Shown: piece after piece, positions 46,165-55,410 of the stretch
How the letters are laid out: each line of letters starts with the position of its first letter
Numbering within the stretch: position 1 is the stretch's first letter
Source: Candidatus Synoicihabitans sp.
Lineage (GTDB): Bacteria; Verrucomicrobiota; Verrucomicrobiia; Opitutales; Opitutaceae
DNA length: 64,000 nt
Assembly: GCA_965203585.1 (NCBI GenBank)
Contig: CBDBDC010000001.1
Span: forward strand, 4,021-68,020
Direction: 5' to 3'
Notes under the pieces: generated by a model
What the model was told of the DNA's origin: nothing
Databases searched by the model: none
What the model saw: the letters and a program-made list of their open reading frames with translations, nothing else
Position numbers and translations under genes: made by a program

Positions 46165-46602
46165 ATGAATCGGCACCTGGTTCGCCTGCTCGTTACCGCG
46201 CCGACCGTGTTCACCGCAGGCATTGTGTTGGCTGATACGTTACAGCCGGGACGCTACGAGATCGTCAACACGGTGGAGTCTGCCACCATGCCGATACCGA
46301 CCACCGCGCAGACGACGACAGAGTGCATCACTCAGCAGGACCTCGATCAGGGCGCCGTCGGCATGGTTCCCCAGGACGGCCAGGACGACGGCAGCTGCGA
46401 GGTGGAGTCCTATGAGATGGCGGGCGGTGAGATGACGATCGATATGATGTGTGACGGACCGATGGGCGTCATCACGATGTCGGGACGGGGCACCTATGAC
46501 AGCACGATGTACAGGATCAACTCCACGGTGACAATACAGGCTGTCGGACAGACCATGCAGGTGAAGTCGCGGACCGTCGCCACGCGTGTCGGCGGGTGCT
46601 GA
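46165..46602 (+). CDS. DUF3617-like exported protein
   Basis: AAGGAA SD and a signal peptide. The pattern LQPGRYEIVNTVE...TTTECITQQDL...C...MTIDMMC...G is reminiscent of the DUF3617 family. Confidence 0.5.
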   Translation: MNRHLVRLLVTAPTVFTAGIVLADTLQPGRYEIVNTVESATMPIPTTAQTTTECITQQDLDQGAVGMVPQDGQDDGSCEVESYEMAGGEMTIDMMCDGPMGVITMSGRGTYDSTMYRINSTVTIQAVGQTMQVKSRTVATRVGGC

Positions 46603-46913
46603 TGCATGCATCGGTGGCCGCCTCGCGCTAGGTAGCTCTGCGGGCCTTCCTGATTCGCCCGACCGGTTGTCGTTTTTCCCGCGCGCGTTTCGCCGCGCGT
46701 CCTGCTTTTCCCCGTTACGTTCACCTTTGGTTTGGTTGGACAAGCGGACGTTGGCTTCGTAGGAAAGAGACGGAGCACGAGCCACAGGCTCAGTTCGGTT
46801 CTCGCGACGTTGGCGCCCGTGATGCTCTCGGCGAAAGCGATAACCGGCGCCGCCGGAACTTACTATGTGAAGGCGCGCGCCGCCGAAGTCGATCCGTCGC
46901 GGACTGGCAAGCG

Positions 46914-47645
46914 TCAGTCGCCGCGCCGCGGTCGTATCAGGCTTCTGAGCCAGTTGAGCCAGCTGTTGTTGCCGAGCAGGTAGCGTTCCAGCTGATCGGT
47001 CTCGCGCGCCAGGCGCTCGGCGTCGGCGAGCAGGTCCGCGCGTCGGACCAGCTTCCGTGACGCATCGAGGCTCCGAATACAGCGAGCCGGGGTGCCCGCC
47101 GCGATGACGTTCGGCGGTATGTCGCCGGTCACCACGCTGCCCGCGCCGATGACGCTGTTGGCCCCGATCGTGACACCCTTGCAGACGATTACGCCGTCGC
47201 CGAGCCAGACGTTGTCTTCCAGCACGACGGGCCCGGTTCCGCCGATCGTCTCGGTACGGTTGTAGACGTCGTGCCAGTCGGCGTCCGTGACGTAACAGCC
47301 GCTCGCGAGCATTGAGTTGCTGCCGATGCGCACGATGGTCGCGGAGTCGAGCCGCACGCCCGGGCAAAGCAGCGCGTAATCACCGATGTCGATCGATCCT
47401 GCACTCATGTTCTGCTCCCACACGGTCAGGGACACCCGGCGCTCGGGGGCGCATATCATGTGCACGGAATCGCCGATACGGATGTTCGGGCCGTGCACGT
47501 TGACGTACCACGGTTTCATGATCAGTGGATGCCCGCCCAGATGTTCGAACTGCGGGCGAAGGAACCAATCGATGTAAGCAGACTCGATCTGTCGGAGGAT
47601 TTGTTTGGCCCGGTAGGGCCGCAGGTCTTTGCGCACGTCGGTCAA
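46914..47645 (-). CDS. Hexapeptide-repeat (LbH) acetyltransferase
   Basis: Repeats IGDSVHM, IGDYALLCPGVRL, IGSNSMLASGCYV, LEDNVWLGDGVIVCKGVTIGANSVIGAGSVV and GDIPPNVIAAGTPA. Confidence 0.75.
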   Translation of the reverse strand: MTDVRKDLRPYRAKQILRQIESAYIDWFLRPQFEHLGGHPLIMKPWYVNVHGPNIRIGDSVHMICAPERRVSLTVWEQNMSAGSIDIGDYALLCPGVRLDSATIVRIGSNSMLASGCYVTDADWHDVYNRTETIGGTGPVVLEDNVWLGDGVIVCKGVTIGANSVIGAGSVVTGDIPPNVIAAGTPARCIRSLDASRKLVRRADLLADAERLARETDQLERYLLGNNSWLNWLRSLIRPRRGD

Positions 47646-47712
47646 TATCGGGGATTCGGTGCAGAGTGCCCGTCGCGGCGGACGGGTTCAAGGTGCGCGT
47701 TGCGGGCTGTGG

Positions 47713-48696
47713 TTACGCCTCGGCGCCGGCGTGTTCGGCGAGTCTCTGCTCCAGGTCGTAGTTCTTCTGTTCCAGTTCCTGAATACACTCGAGCATGTCG
47801 CGGCTCTCGCGGGTGAACTGCTGCAGAAGATTCTTGAGGTCCTCGCTGTTCTCCGAGTCGACGGCGCCGGCCTCGACCAGCGCTTCGAGTTCAGCCACGC
47901 GTGCGCGGGCTTCGGCGAGTTCCTGATCACGCGCCTCGAGCGCTGCCTGCAGTTCCCCGTCAGCATTGCCTGGAGTGTCGTCGGACGACGACTCCAGTAC
48001 CGTGATCTGGTCTTTTGCGGTCTGCAGCTGGCTGGTCAGATCGGCGACCTGCACCGTCAGCGCAACCGCGTCGGCGTCTGCGTCAGCGTCGCTGTCACCA
48101 CCGGCTGCGTCCGGAAACTCGAACGCGGGCAGGTCGACGTCGAGACGAATGTCCCACGCGGCAACCGAATCGTACAGCGTCGAGATGCTCTGCGCGGCGG
48201 TGGGGAAGTCGCCGATCAGCTGCACGGCGCAGGCGTGCATGTGCTCCCGTGCCTCGCGCCACAACGTCGCCTCGTCCCCGGGAGCCTCGCCCGTGCCGCC
48301 CGCGCTGACGTGCTCGGCGAGCGCGCTGCTGGCGGCGAGCTCATGAGCAAATACCAGACGTTGTGTCGCCTCGACGGCGTCGTCTTCAGACAGCTCCGAG
48401 ATTCTCTGCGCAAGCCATTCGGTCCGGATCTGTGCCGGGTCCTTGCGTCCTTCCAGCGCGCTGCGCGCCCGCGCCAGCCCATCGACGGCGGCCTCGCACT
48501 GCGTGCGAAGCGACGCACGTTCGAGCTCGCCCCGACTCGCGCGACGCCACAGCAGCAACGCGGCAGCGGTCGCTACGAGCGCCACCTGTCCGAGGCCTGC
48601 TGCCAGCCACTGAGTGAAATCCATGTCGATCCGATACGAGGGGAGCCTCATCGAAGTATAGAAGCCGCCCCTGGAAGCGCGAACGCTGTCCGACAT
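47713..48696 (-). CDS. Membrane-anchored coiled-coil protein, function unknown
   Basis: One TM helix (GQVALVATAAALLLW), then long Glu/Leu/Ala-rich heptad-like sequence. High GC3 in this frame; the overlapping plus-strand 471-aa ORF is a shadow. The start is uncertain (48777, 48696, 48651 or 48624). Confidence 0.55.
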   Translation of the reverse strand: MSDSVRASRGGFYTSMRLPSYRIDMDFTQWLAAGLGQVALVATAAALLLWRRASRGELERASLRTQCEAAVDGLARARSALEGRKDPAQIRTEWLAQRISELSEDDAVEATQRLVFAHELAASSALAEHVSAGGTGEAPGDEATLWREAREHMHACAVQLIGDFPTAAQSISTLYDSVAAWDIRLDVDLPAFEFPDAAGGDSDADADADAVALTVQVADLTSQLQTAKDQITVLESSSDDTPGNADGELQAALEARDQELAEARARVAELEALVEAGAVDSENSEDLKNLLQQFTRESRDMLECIQELEQKNYDLEQRLAEHAGAEA

Positions 48697-49102
48697 CGTA
48701 ACGCCGACGTCCCGGGGCCTGGCCGGACGGGCGGTAATCCGGGCGCAAGGGGAGGGATGACTCGGTCGTTTGCTCATGCTGACGCCGTCACCCTTCGGGG
48801 CCGCCGCCGCTGCGCGGCGATGTCTTGCACGGTATCGAGGCGGCGCCGCGATGGTGCGTTCGGTTCGAACCCAGCGCCTCGTTTGTCACGAACTGAGCGC
48901 CTGTTCGACCAACGATTGCCCGTCCGAACCGTGAGTTCGTCAGTACCAAAGCGTCGGATTCCTTTACAGGCTTTTTCGGTGAAATCGATAGAGGCGTCAG
49001 GATCTTTTACAACGGTGAATCGACGTGTCCTGGCGGGGCCTTGAATAGCGGGGTGTGTCGGTCCGTGGCACAAACCTTGCTGCTTTTCGACCCATCGCCT
49101 TC

Positions 49103-49134
49103 GCGTGAGCGTTGAGCGTTGAGCGTTGAGCGTT
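49103..49134. repeat. 7-bp tandem repeat (GAGCGTT x4, plus a partial copy)
   Basis: Read directly in the 530-bp intergenic region. Confidence 0.9.
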
Positions 49135-49305
49135 TCTCAGTGCGGCCGGGCGGGACTCGTACCTCAAGCGCCCCTGTCGCCGCTCACGGGGCATCGTCGG
49201 CTCGCAGGCCCGGCGGGGTGCCGGTGGGCTTTTGCGCCAAGCCTCCGAGCCATAAGAAGGTTCGACCGTCGTCGCACCGTCGAGCAGCTCAAGAGGACCG
49301 CAGAA

Positions 49306-50709
49306 ATGAAAGACAAGCACGTACGCCGGTCTCGTCCGATCACCCGCGCGCTCGCGTTGACCGCGCTGACCCTCGTTCTGACCGGGTGCATTCTCAGGTT
49401 CTTTTCCGGACTGGTGGTCGTCGATGACCTGGGCCAGTTCATCGATCTGATCTTCGCGGACGTGAATGCCGCGTATTGCACCGATGTAAGGGACTTCGAG
49501 ACCGGCACGACCAACATCGAGTGCCGGTACAACATCGTCACGGACGATGGTTTTTCGGAACGTACGTCCACGGCGACGTTGCTTTCGGAATTCGGCGTTT
49601 TCGGCATCATCGTCGACCCGGTCATCGTGCAGGTACCAGAGACCGCCACCATCGGGGTTGCGACCGTCGACGATGGCTCGGGCCCCCAGGATCTGGTGAT
49701 TACCGAGACAACGGCGTTTGATGTCACGCCCGGCACGCAGGCCGTTGCGGAAACAGGACGGAAGTTCTGGATCATCGACTTGCCGGCCGCCATCGCCGAC
49801 AACCTGCCGGATGGGCCGCTGCAGAACGCGCCGCCGCTCGACTATCGGTTCTCCTACCGGCTACCCGGCGTATTCTCGAACGACCCGGTGGTCCTGAAGG
49901 CGATGTTCGCCGGGCGTGTCGACGCCGGCGGTCAGTCCTACTACTTCCCGATGTTTCCGTGCACGAACGACTTCGCGGACGTACCGGAAGTCAGTCTACC
50001 GGTCGGCGTGCCGTTGGACGGGTTCATCTTCAATCTGTTGTTTCTGTTTCTGCAGGGAGAGCAGCTGGTCTGCAACGACCAGGTGTATGACTTCGGCGAC
50101 GTGCCGGTCGGCGACCCACCTGAAGTCCGACTCCTGAAGCAGGTAAGCCTGGATGGCGTGAACTATTTCGACGCGGACCAGCCCGGCGACGCCGACGTAC
50201 CGGTGGGCGTCGTAGGCGCGACCGATGCGGTGTACCGTTTGATCGTGCAGAACCTCGGCGCACAATCGCTCACCAACGTGATCGTCGACGATGCCGGACT
50301 CGGCATCAGCGCGCCGATTCCGGATCTCCAACCGGGAGAGACGCGTGTCATCGAGGGCAACGTTGCCGGTTTCGTCAATCTCTTCCAGCCCCGGCGCTGC
50401 GACGGGCAACCCGGTCTGAAGTCGAACGTTGCCTCCGTGACCGCGAGCGGCGCCGCGGGCGGTTCGGCGGCCGACAGTGATGCTGCCCATCTCCGGTGCG
50501 AGCTTCCACAGGCAATGACATGTGACGCGGACGCCAACGGGCAGATCGACGTCAACGATGTGCGTATGATTCTCGCCGCCCGCGGCCAGACCGTTCCGCC
50601 TGCGGATCCTGTACTGGATGCAGACGGCGACGGGCAGATTTCGGTGCTGGACGCGCGACGATGTGTTCTGATGTGTACGAACCCGCGGTGCGCGACGAGA
50701 GCACGCTGA
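49306..50709 (+). CDS. Lipoprotein with a C-terminal dockerin/EF-hand-like repeat pair
   Basis: AGAGGA SD and lipobox LVLTGC. C-terminus DADANGQIDVNDVRMIL...DADGDGQISVLDARRCV (two D-x-D-x-D-G-x-I calcium-loop repeats). Confidence 0.65.
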   Translation: MKDKHVRRSRPITRALALTALTLVLTGCILRFFSGLVVVDDLGQFIDLIFADVNAAYCTDVRDFETGTTNIECRYNIVTDDGFSERTSTATLLSEFGVFGIIVDPVIVQVPETATIGVATVDDGSGPQDLVITETTAFDVTPGTQAVAETGRKFWIIDLPAAIADNLPDGPLQNAPPLDYRFSYRLPGVFSNDPVVLKAMFAGRVDAGGQSYYFPMFPCTNDFADVPEVSLPVGVPLDGFIFNLLFLFLQGEQLVCNDQVYDFGDVPVGDPPEVRLLKQVSLDGVNYFDADQPGDADVPVGVVGATDAVYRLIVQNLGAQSLTNVIVDDAGLGISAPIPDLQPGETRVIEGNVAGFVNLFQPRRCDGQPGLKSNVASVTASGAAGGSAADSDAAHLRCELPQAMTCDADANGQIDVNDVRMILAARGQTVPPADPVLDADGDGQISVLDARRCVLMCTNPRCATRAR

Positions 50710-50851
50710 TGCCGGGCAGGGTTCAAATCACGGCGTAGACGCGGCGCCTGCACGGTCAGCAAGGTGTTTCTGGGGCTGCGTTCCTGGCAGGCGTTCTGAC
50801 CGATTTCAGGGATCGGGAATGGTGCGCACACTCAGCGTATCTGCGCATGGA

Positions 50852-52157
50852 CTAGCAGCGTGTTGAAATATAGCGGAACTGGCGCATCCGTGTAGCTGCT
50901 TTAGATTCCGGTGTAGCGCGACAGGTGGAGGCCGTTTCCGAAGTGGGTCGATGCGGCTCCGCTGATTGAGCGTCCGTTACCGCAACCTTTCCCGTAGGAG
51001 GCGGCAAGTCGACGTTCAACTGCGGTTTGCGCACTGTATTCATGTCGCAAATCCTCGCAATCGGGTGATGTTGTAGGCCGTGGCAGTCAGTCGAAACAGC
51101 CACCTGACATTGTCATGACCCCGATGTCGGAGTTTCCGCAGGAGTCCGTATGACTTCATCCAGCCGAACGGTTCTTCTACCCGTTTCCGTTTGCGCTGGC
51201 TGATCTCGTAGCCCGGGTGGCGCGTCGTCCGCTGGTCGATGCGGCTGTATCGGCTCTTGGCTGCAACGTGTGGTGTGATGCCCAGTTCTCTGCATCCAGA
51301 GACGAACGCACCAACGTCGTAACCCTTGTCTGCTCCGACCGTTTGTCCCGGTCGCACCGGCTGCTCTGCAAGCAGTTCGATCGCCGCTGTCCACTCCTGC
51401 CGTGTGCCTGCTTCGGTCACCGTCGCGCCAACCACGAAACCGTTGCGGTTCTCCGTAACGATGTGTCCCATGTAGTTCAGCTTCGCTTCCTTCCCCAAAC
51501 CCTTCCGGAACATGCGTGAATCGGGATCCGTCGTCGATTCGTGCGTGTTGTTGCGGCGCTTCTTACCATGGAAGTTCTCTCCGTCGTCAGAGTCGTCTTC
51601 CTGGTCCTTGGGTTTGAAAGACTTCAGCGATGCGCACGCCTCGATGAGCGTCCCATCTGCCGAAAAATGATCGCGCGAGAGCAACTTCTTCGCGGCCGCT
51701 TGATCCTTGATGGCTTCGAACAGCAACTCGTCTACGTCATAGGCCATCAGCCGGTCACGGTTTTTCGAAAACACTGAGTGGTTCCACACCGGATCGTCCA
51801 TACCGAGCCCCACAAACCAGCGAAACAGCAGGTCGTAGTCGATCCGCTCCATCAGCTGACGCTCAGAACGGATGGTGTAAAGGATCTGCAGCAACAGCGC
51901 GCGAATCAGCTGTTCAGGCGGGATTGATGGACGGCCTCGGTCGGAGTACATCTCGTCGAACGCAGGCTCAAGTGCCGGCAAAGCCTTGTCCACAATCCGG
52001 CGGATCTTCCGAATCGGGTGTTGCTTCGGGATCCGGGACTCCAGGTCCACGTAGCTGAACATCCCGGGTTGGGGATCGGCTTCTCCGCGCATCCGCTGAC
52101 CTCGAACATTCGTTGCGCTATTGTCTCTCGATCAGGGCTTTTTCAACAAGCTGCTAG
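50852..52157. mobile_element. IS5-family insertion sequence (about 1.3 kb)
   Basis: Terminal inverted repeats CTAGCAGCGTGTTGAAA (left) and CTAGCAGCTTGTTGAAA (right, reverse complement), 16/17 identical. The terminal CTAG could instead be a 4-bp target duplication, making the element 50856-52153. Encloses one transposase gene. GC is visibly lower than in the flanks. Confidence 0.8.
51040..52092 (-). CDS. IS5-family DDE transposase
   Basis: N-terminal DUF772-like region (MFSYVDLESRIPKQHPIRKIRRIVD...GRPSIPPEQLIRALLLQILYTIRSERQLMERIDYDLLFRWFVGL) and a C-terminal DDE domain. Confidence 0.9.
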   Translation of the reverse strand: MRGEADPQPGMFSYVDLESRIPKQHPIRKIRRIVDKALPALEPAFDEMYSDRGRPSIPPEQLIRALLLQILYTIRSERQLMERIDYDLLFRWFVGLGMDDPVWNHSVFSKNRDRLMAYDVDELLFEAIKDQAAAKKLLSRDHFSADGTLIEACASLKSFKPKDQEDDSDDGENFHGKKRRNNTHESTTDPDSRMFRKGLGKEAKLNYMGHIVTENRNGFVVGATVTEAGTRQEWTAAIELLAEQPVRPGQTVGADKGYDVGAFVSGCRELGITPHVAAKSRYSRIDQRTTRHPGYEISQRKRKRVEEPFGWMKSYGLLRKLRHRGHDNVRWLFRLTATAYNITRLRGFAT

Positions 52158-52235
52158 CTGCTGGCTTCGCGTTGCGAACTGGATCCAATTCTCAGCATCC
52201 TTTCAGCCTGCATCGAAAGGACGACCCATTGTTGA

Positions 52236-54330
52236 TCATGGTGCGTGGCTCGCCGAGATCGCGTTCGCGTTGCCGCGCCGCTCCGCTTCGGCGACGCGCG
52301 TCCGCAACGCAGTCCATTGCGGGTCGTCGCGGACCGTATCGTAGAGTGGGTCGATCTCGATCAAGTTCAACGTGGGAAATCTACGCAAGATCGTAAAACA
52401 ACGTTGGCCCGATTCGAGCGCGGCTTTCATGTCTCCAACCCAGACGTAAGCGCGATGTAGTACACACGCGCGAACGTAATTGTCTCCCGTGAGCCTCGTG
52501 AGCATCCGATCGGCCGCGTCGAGTTGCCCTGCGTAGAAGTGCAGGAGTGCCTGGGCGGGGCTCGGATCCACAGGTGCAGGATCCGCCAGAATCCTGACGG
52601 CGAACGGCCGTACCGCGGACTCGCCGCCGACCGCATCTAACGCCCGCAGCTTCTCCATGATCAGAAACTCGTATATGACGCCACGTTGCTTGGTTGCGGA
52701 CGACTGCGTCGCGAGCTCGAGCCCGGCGTTCGCCGAGGCGAGCGCGTCGGAGGATTTCCCCATGACGTTCAGTAGCCTCGCGAGTTCCCAGTACATCCTT
52801 GCGTCGGCGTCGTAGAGACGAATTGCGCGCCGAAAATGCTCGACCGCCGAAGTCAATTCGCCACGCGCAATCGCGAGGCTACCGAGAGAGGCATGGTACC
52901 AATGCGCCCAGGGCGACAGCGGGTCGAGCTCGAGCGCCCTTTCGACATTGCGCTGGGCCGCATGGTATTGATAAGCCTGGATCTGCACATACCCCAGCCA
53001 CCACGCCCATACCGGATTGTCGGGTTCCAGCCGCACCGCGGTCTCAATCTCCGCGATGGCGGACGGCATCGTTTCGTCGTATGAACCTGCACGGTTGAAG
53101 TGATACCAGGAAACGAGCATGCGCGAGTCCGCCAGATCCGGGTCGTGTTCGATGGCCAGCTTGCCGTACGATCGCCAGAGCTCGATATCAAAACGTTTGT
53201 CAGGCTGGCCCACCAGGTAAACGTCGGCCATACCCGCACAGGCGTATCTGGCGGCCAGCTGATTCAGCGTTTTTTGCTTGATCGATTCACATTCGTGATC
53301 GATCACCAGTTGCAGCCGAACATTATGAGCGATCAGTTGTGCAAGCTTACGCTGCGCCGCGGCGTCGCCGGTTGCGGATAACTCGTAGGTCTTCGACCAG
53401 ACGGTTACGCCCGCGGCGGTCCGCACCAGGTGCACCAGAAAACGCACAGAGTTCGAGCTGGCTTGCACATTGCCTGTTACCCGATAGGTCGGATCGACCT
53501 CCTGCAGGGACGACTCCGCTTGCAGCGTCTGCAGCTCGTGGTATCCGGAGAGTAAACCCTTTAGATCCGCGCGCACGCCCGAGGCCAGCATGTCTGCGGC
53601 ATCGTCGGACCCGATGACATCGAAAGGCATAACCAGAACAGAACGCGACAACACCCGCGACGGTTCGCGCGCGAGGTCCCGACTGGAATCGGTTTGGCGG
53701 ACTGCTAGCCAGCCCACGATCCCGGCGACAACCATCAGTATGGCTACCAGGAAGATCCATGCGGTGCGGAAGGGGAAATGACGTCGGGAAGTGTTCGGGT
53801 CGCGCTCGATCTCCGTGCCGGACGACCCCTGACCTGGTTCGCCTGTCAGCGCCCGAACCAGCTTGGACCGGAAGATCGCTGCACTGAGGTCCGACTTGCG
53901 TAGCGCCTGGCTGGCTCCGATTGTCAGGTCCAGACCCACCGGAAGACGGGTCTCTTCCAGATACACAGGGAGGATCGGCGTGTCGTGATTTTGAGCGAAA
54001 AGTATCTCGTTGCGGCAGTTGCGGGAGTCTACTGAACTGGGTGTCACGAAAAAGAGCACACGCTCAGCGCTCTGGATCGCACGACCCAACTCCTCGGTCC
54101 ACTCTTCTCCCGGAGAGATGCCTTCGTCGTACCAGACGTTGATACCATCTTGTCGTAGTTGCTGGGAGCAGCGGGTAAACCACATCGGCGTCGTCATGTG
54201 AATAGCACACGAAGACGTAGCGACCGGTTCCTCGATAGGCTGAAAACGGGTTGTCCACCAACCGCCCCCGACCACGCCGTCGCTCGAGTTTACACCTGAT
54301 CAGACGACTGGTTTGTTGGCCTGCGAGCAC
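52236..54330 (-). CDS. TIR-domain / transmembrane / TPR-repeat protein; frameshift at GGG 54164-54166
   Basis: The TIR start YVFVCYSHDDADVVYP (track ORF 54064-54330) joins QQLRQDGINVWYDEGISPGEEWTEELGRAIQSAERVLFFVTPSSV (ORF 52236-54275) after a 1-nt correction. One TM helix (WIFLVAILMVVAGIVGWLAV) and C-terminal TPR repeats follow. Confidence 0.7.
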
Positions 54331-54407
54331 CCCATACGACCGGGCCTACCCGCCGGTGGTCCGTCGGGCGTACAATTTGCCGCAACCGGGACCATCGAGG
54401 TGGTGAT

Positions 54408-55205
54408 ATGGCCGTGCGAGCAGAGGTTCGTTACCTGAACGAAGAGTGGCGCGAGCGCACGGACAAACCAAGGATCGGCAGCAAATCCGACCGGCTTGCG
54501 GTCACCGCCAAACATTCGGTTGTCATCGAGGATGCTTATCCGCGGTGCCGCGGTGGCGAGTTGGATCTGGATGTCGCCGGATTCACGCTCGTCAATCACT
54601 CATCGACGGTGCGTGACTTCCACGATCCGGAACAGGTCGAGAAGGCCTACTACGCCGAGATGACCGAACTGGCCAAACGCACGGTGGGCGCTGACGAAGT
54701 GTTCGTCACACAGCACGTGGTTCGCACGGAAGACACCAGCGATTTCAACAAGGCTTATGCGCGCTTTATTCACTGCGACTACAGCGTTGCCGATCCGCGA
54801 GCGACGGCCTATCAACTACTGGAGAGCCGTGGCCTCGACACCGCGCAGTACGAGAGTGCTGAGTTTGCGTGGTACAACACGTGGCAACCGATCGAACGCC
54901 CTGCGACCAAAAACCCGCTCACCGTCATCGACGCTGCATCGATCGCGGACGGCGATATCGTCGACTACCTGTACACGGGCTTCAAAGCGGACGGTCTGTC
55001 GTCGATGCCGGTACGGGACCCGGCGCACCGGTTCTACTATTTCCCAGACATGCAAACTGACGAACTCTTGGTGATCAAACAGCTGGACACCCGCAGCGGG
55101 CACGCGATGGCGTGTCCGCATACGTCTTTCGACGACGCCACGGCCGATCCGGCTGCGCTGCCGCGGCGCAGCGTCGAGGTTCGATTGATGTGTGTGTTTC
55201 GTTGA
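54408..55205 (+). CDS. CmcJ/NvfI/AsaB-like oxygenase family protein
   Basis: AGFTLVNHSSTVRDFHDPEQVEKAYYAEMTELAKRTVGADEVFVTQHVVR fits the pattern I recall for this family. Confidence 0.55.
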   Translation: MAVRAEVRYLNEEWRERTDKPRIGSKSDRLAVTAKHSVVIEDAYPRCRGGELDLDVAGFTLVNHSSTVRDFHDPEQVEKAYYAEMTELAKRTVGADEVFVTQHVVRTEDTSDFNKAYARFIHCDYSVADPRATAYQLLESRGLDTAQYESAEFAWYNTWQPIERPATKNPLTVIDAASIADGDIVDYLYTGFKADGLSSMPVRDPAHRFYYFPDMQTDELLVIKQLDTRSGHAMACPHTSFDDATADPAALPRRSVEVRLMCVFR

Positions 55206-55379
55206 TGACCGGGACCTGCCCCGAGCCTGGTCCCGCCCCCGTCACGCTGAACTAGCCGTATGGGGACTCGCCGGTCTCAATTGCGATCGACCTCCGTGAG
55301 CACGTAGAAGTCCCCGGTGGCGTCCAGCAACGCGCCAGCTCTACCATACCTGTCAAGCCCTGCTCGAACCGTAGTAGAC

Positions 55380-55403
55380 GCGGCGGGCCCGCGGGCCCGC
55401 CGC
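55380..55403. terminator. GC-rich perfect hairpin between convergent genes (terminator-like, no U-tract)
   Basis: GCGGCGGGCCC-GC-GGGCCCGCCGC, 8 nt after the TonB-receptor stop. Confidence 0.4.
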
Positions 55404-55410
55404 CAGTCTT

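Noticed and set aside
48862-48871. GGTTCGAACC, reminiscent of a tRNA T-arm, considered as a tRNA fragment or att site.
   Set aside because: It is only a 10-bp palindrome. The flanking bases do not form a T-stem or acceptor stem, and no matching repeat of the real tRNA 3' ends was seen.
38972-49134. Tandem repeats (18-bp x3, 18-bp x2 at 35901, 7-bp x4) considered as CRISPR-like arrays.
   Set aside because: They have no spacers and the units are directly adjacent and far too short. There are no cas genes in the window.
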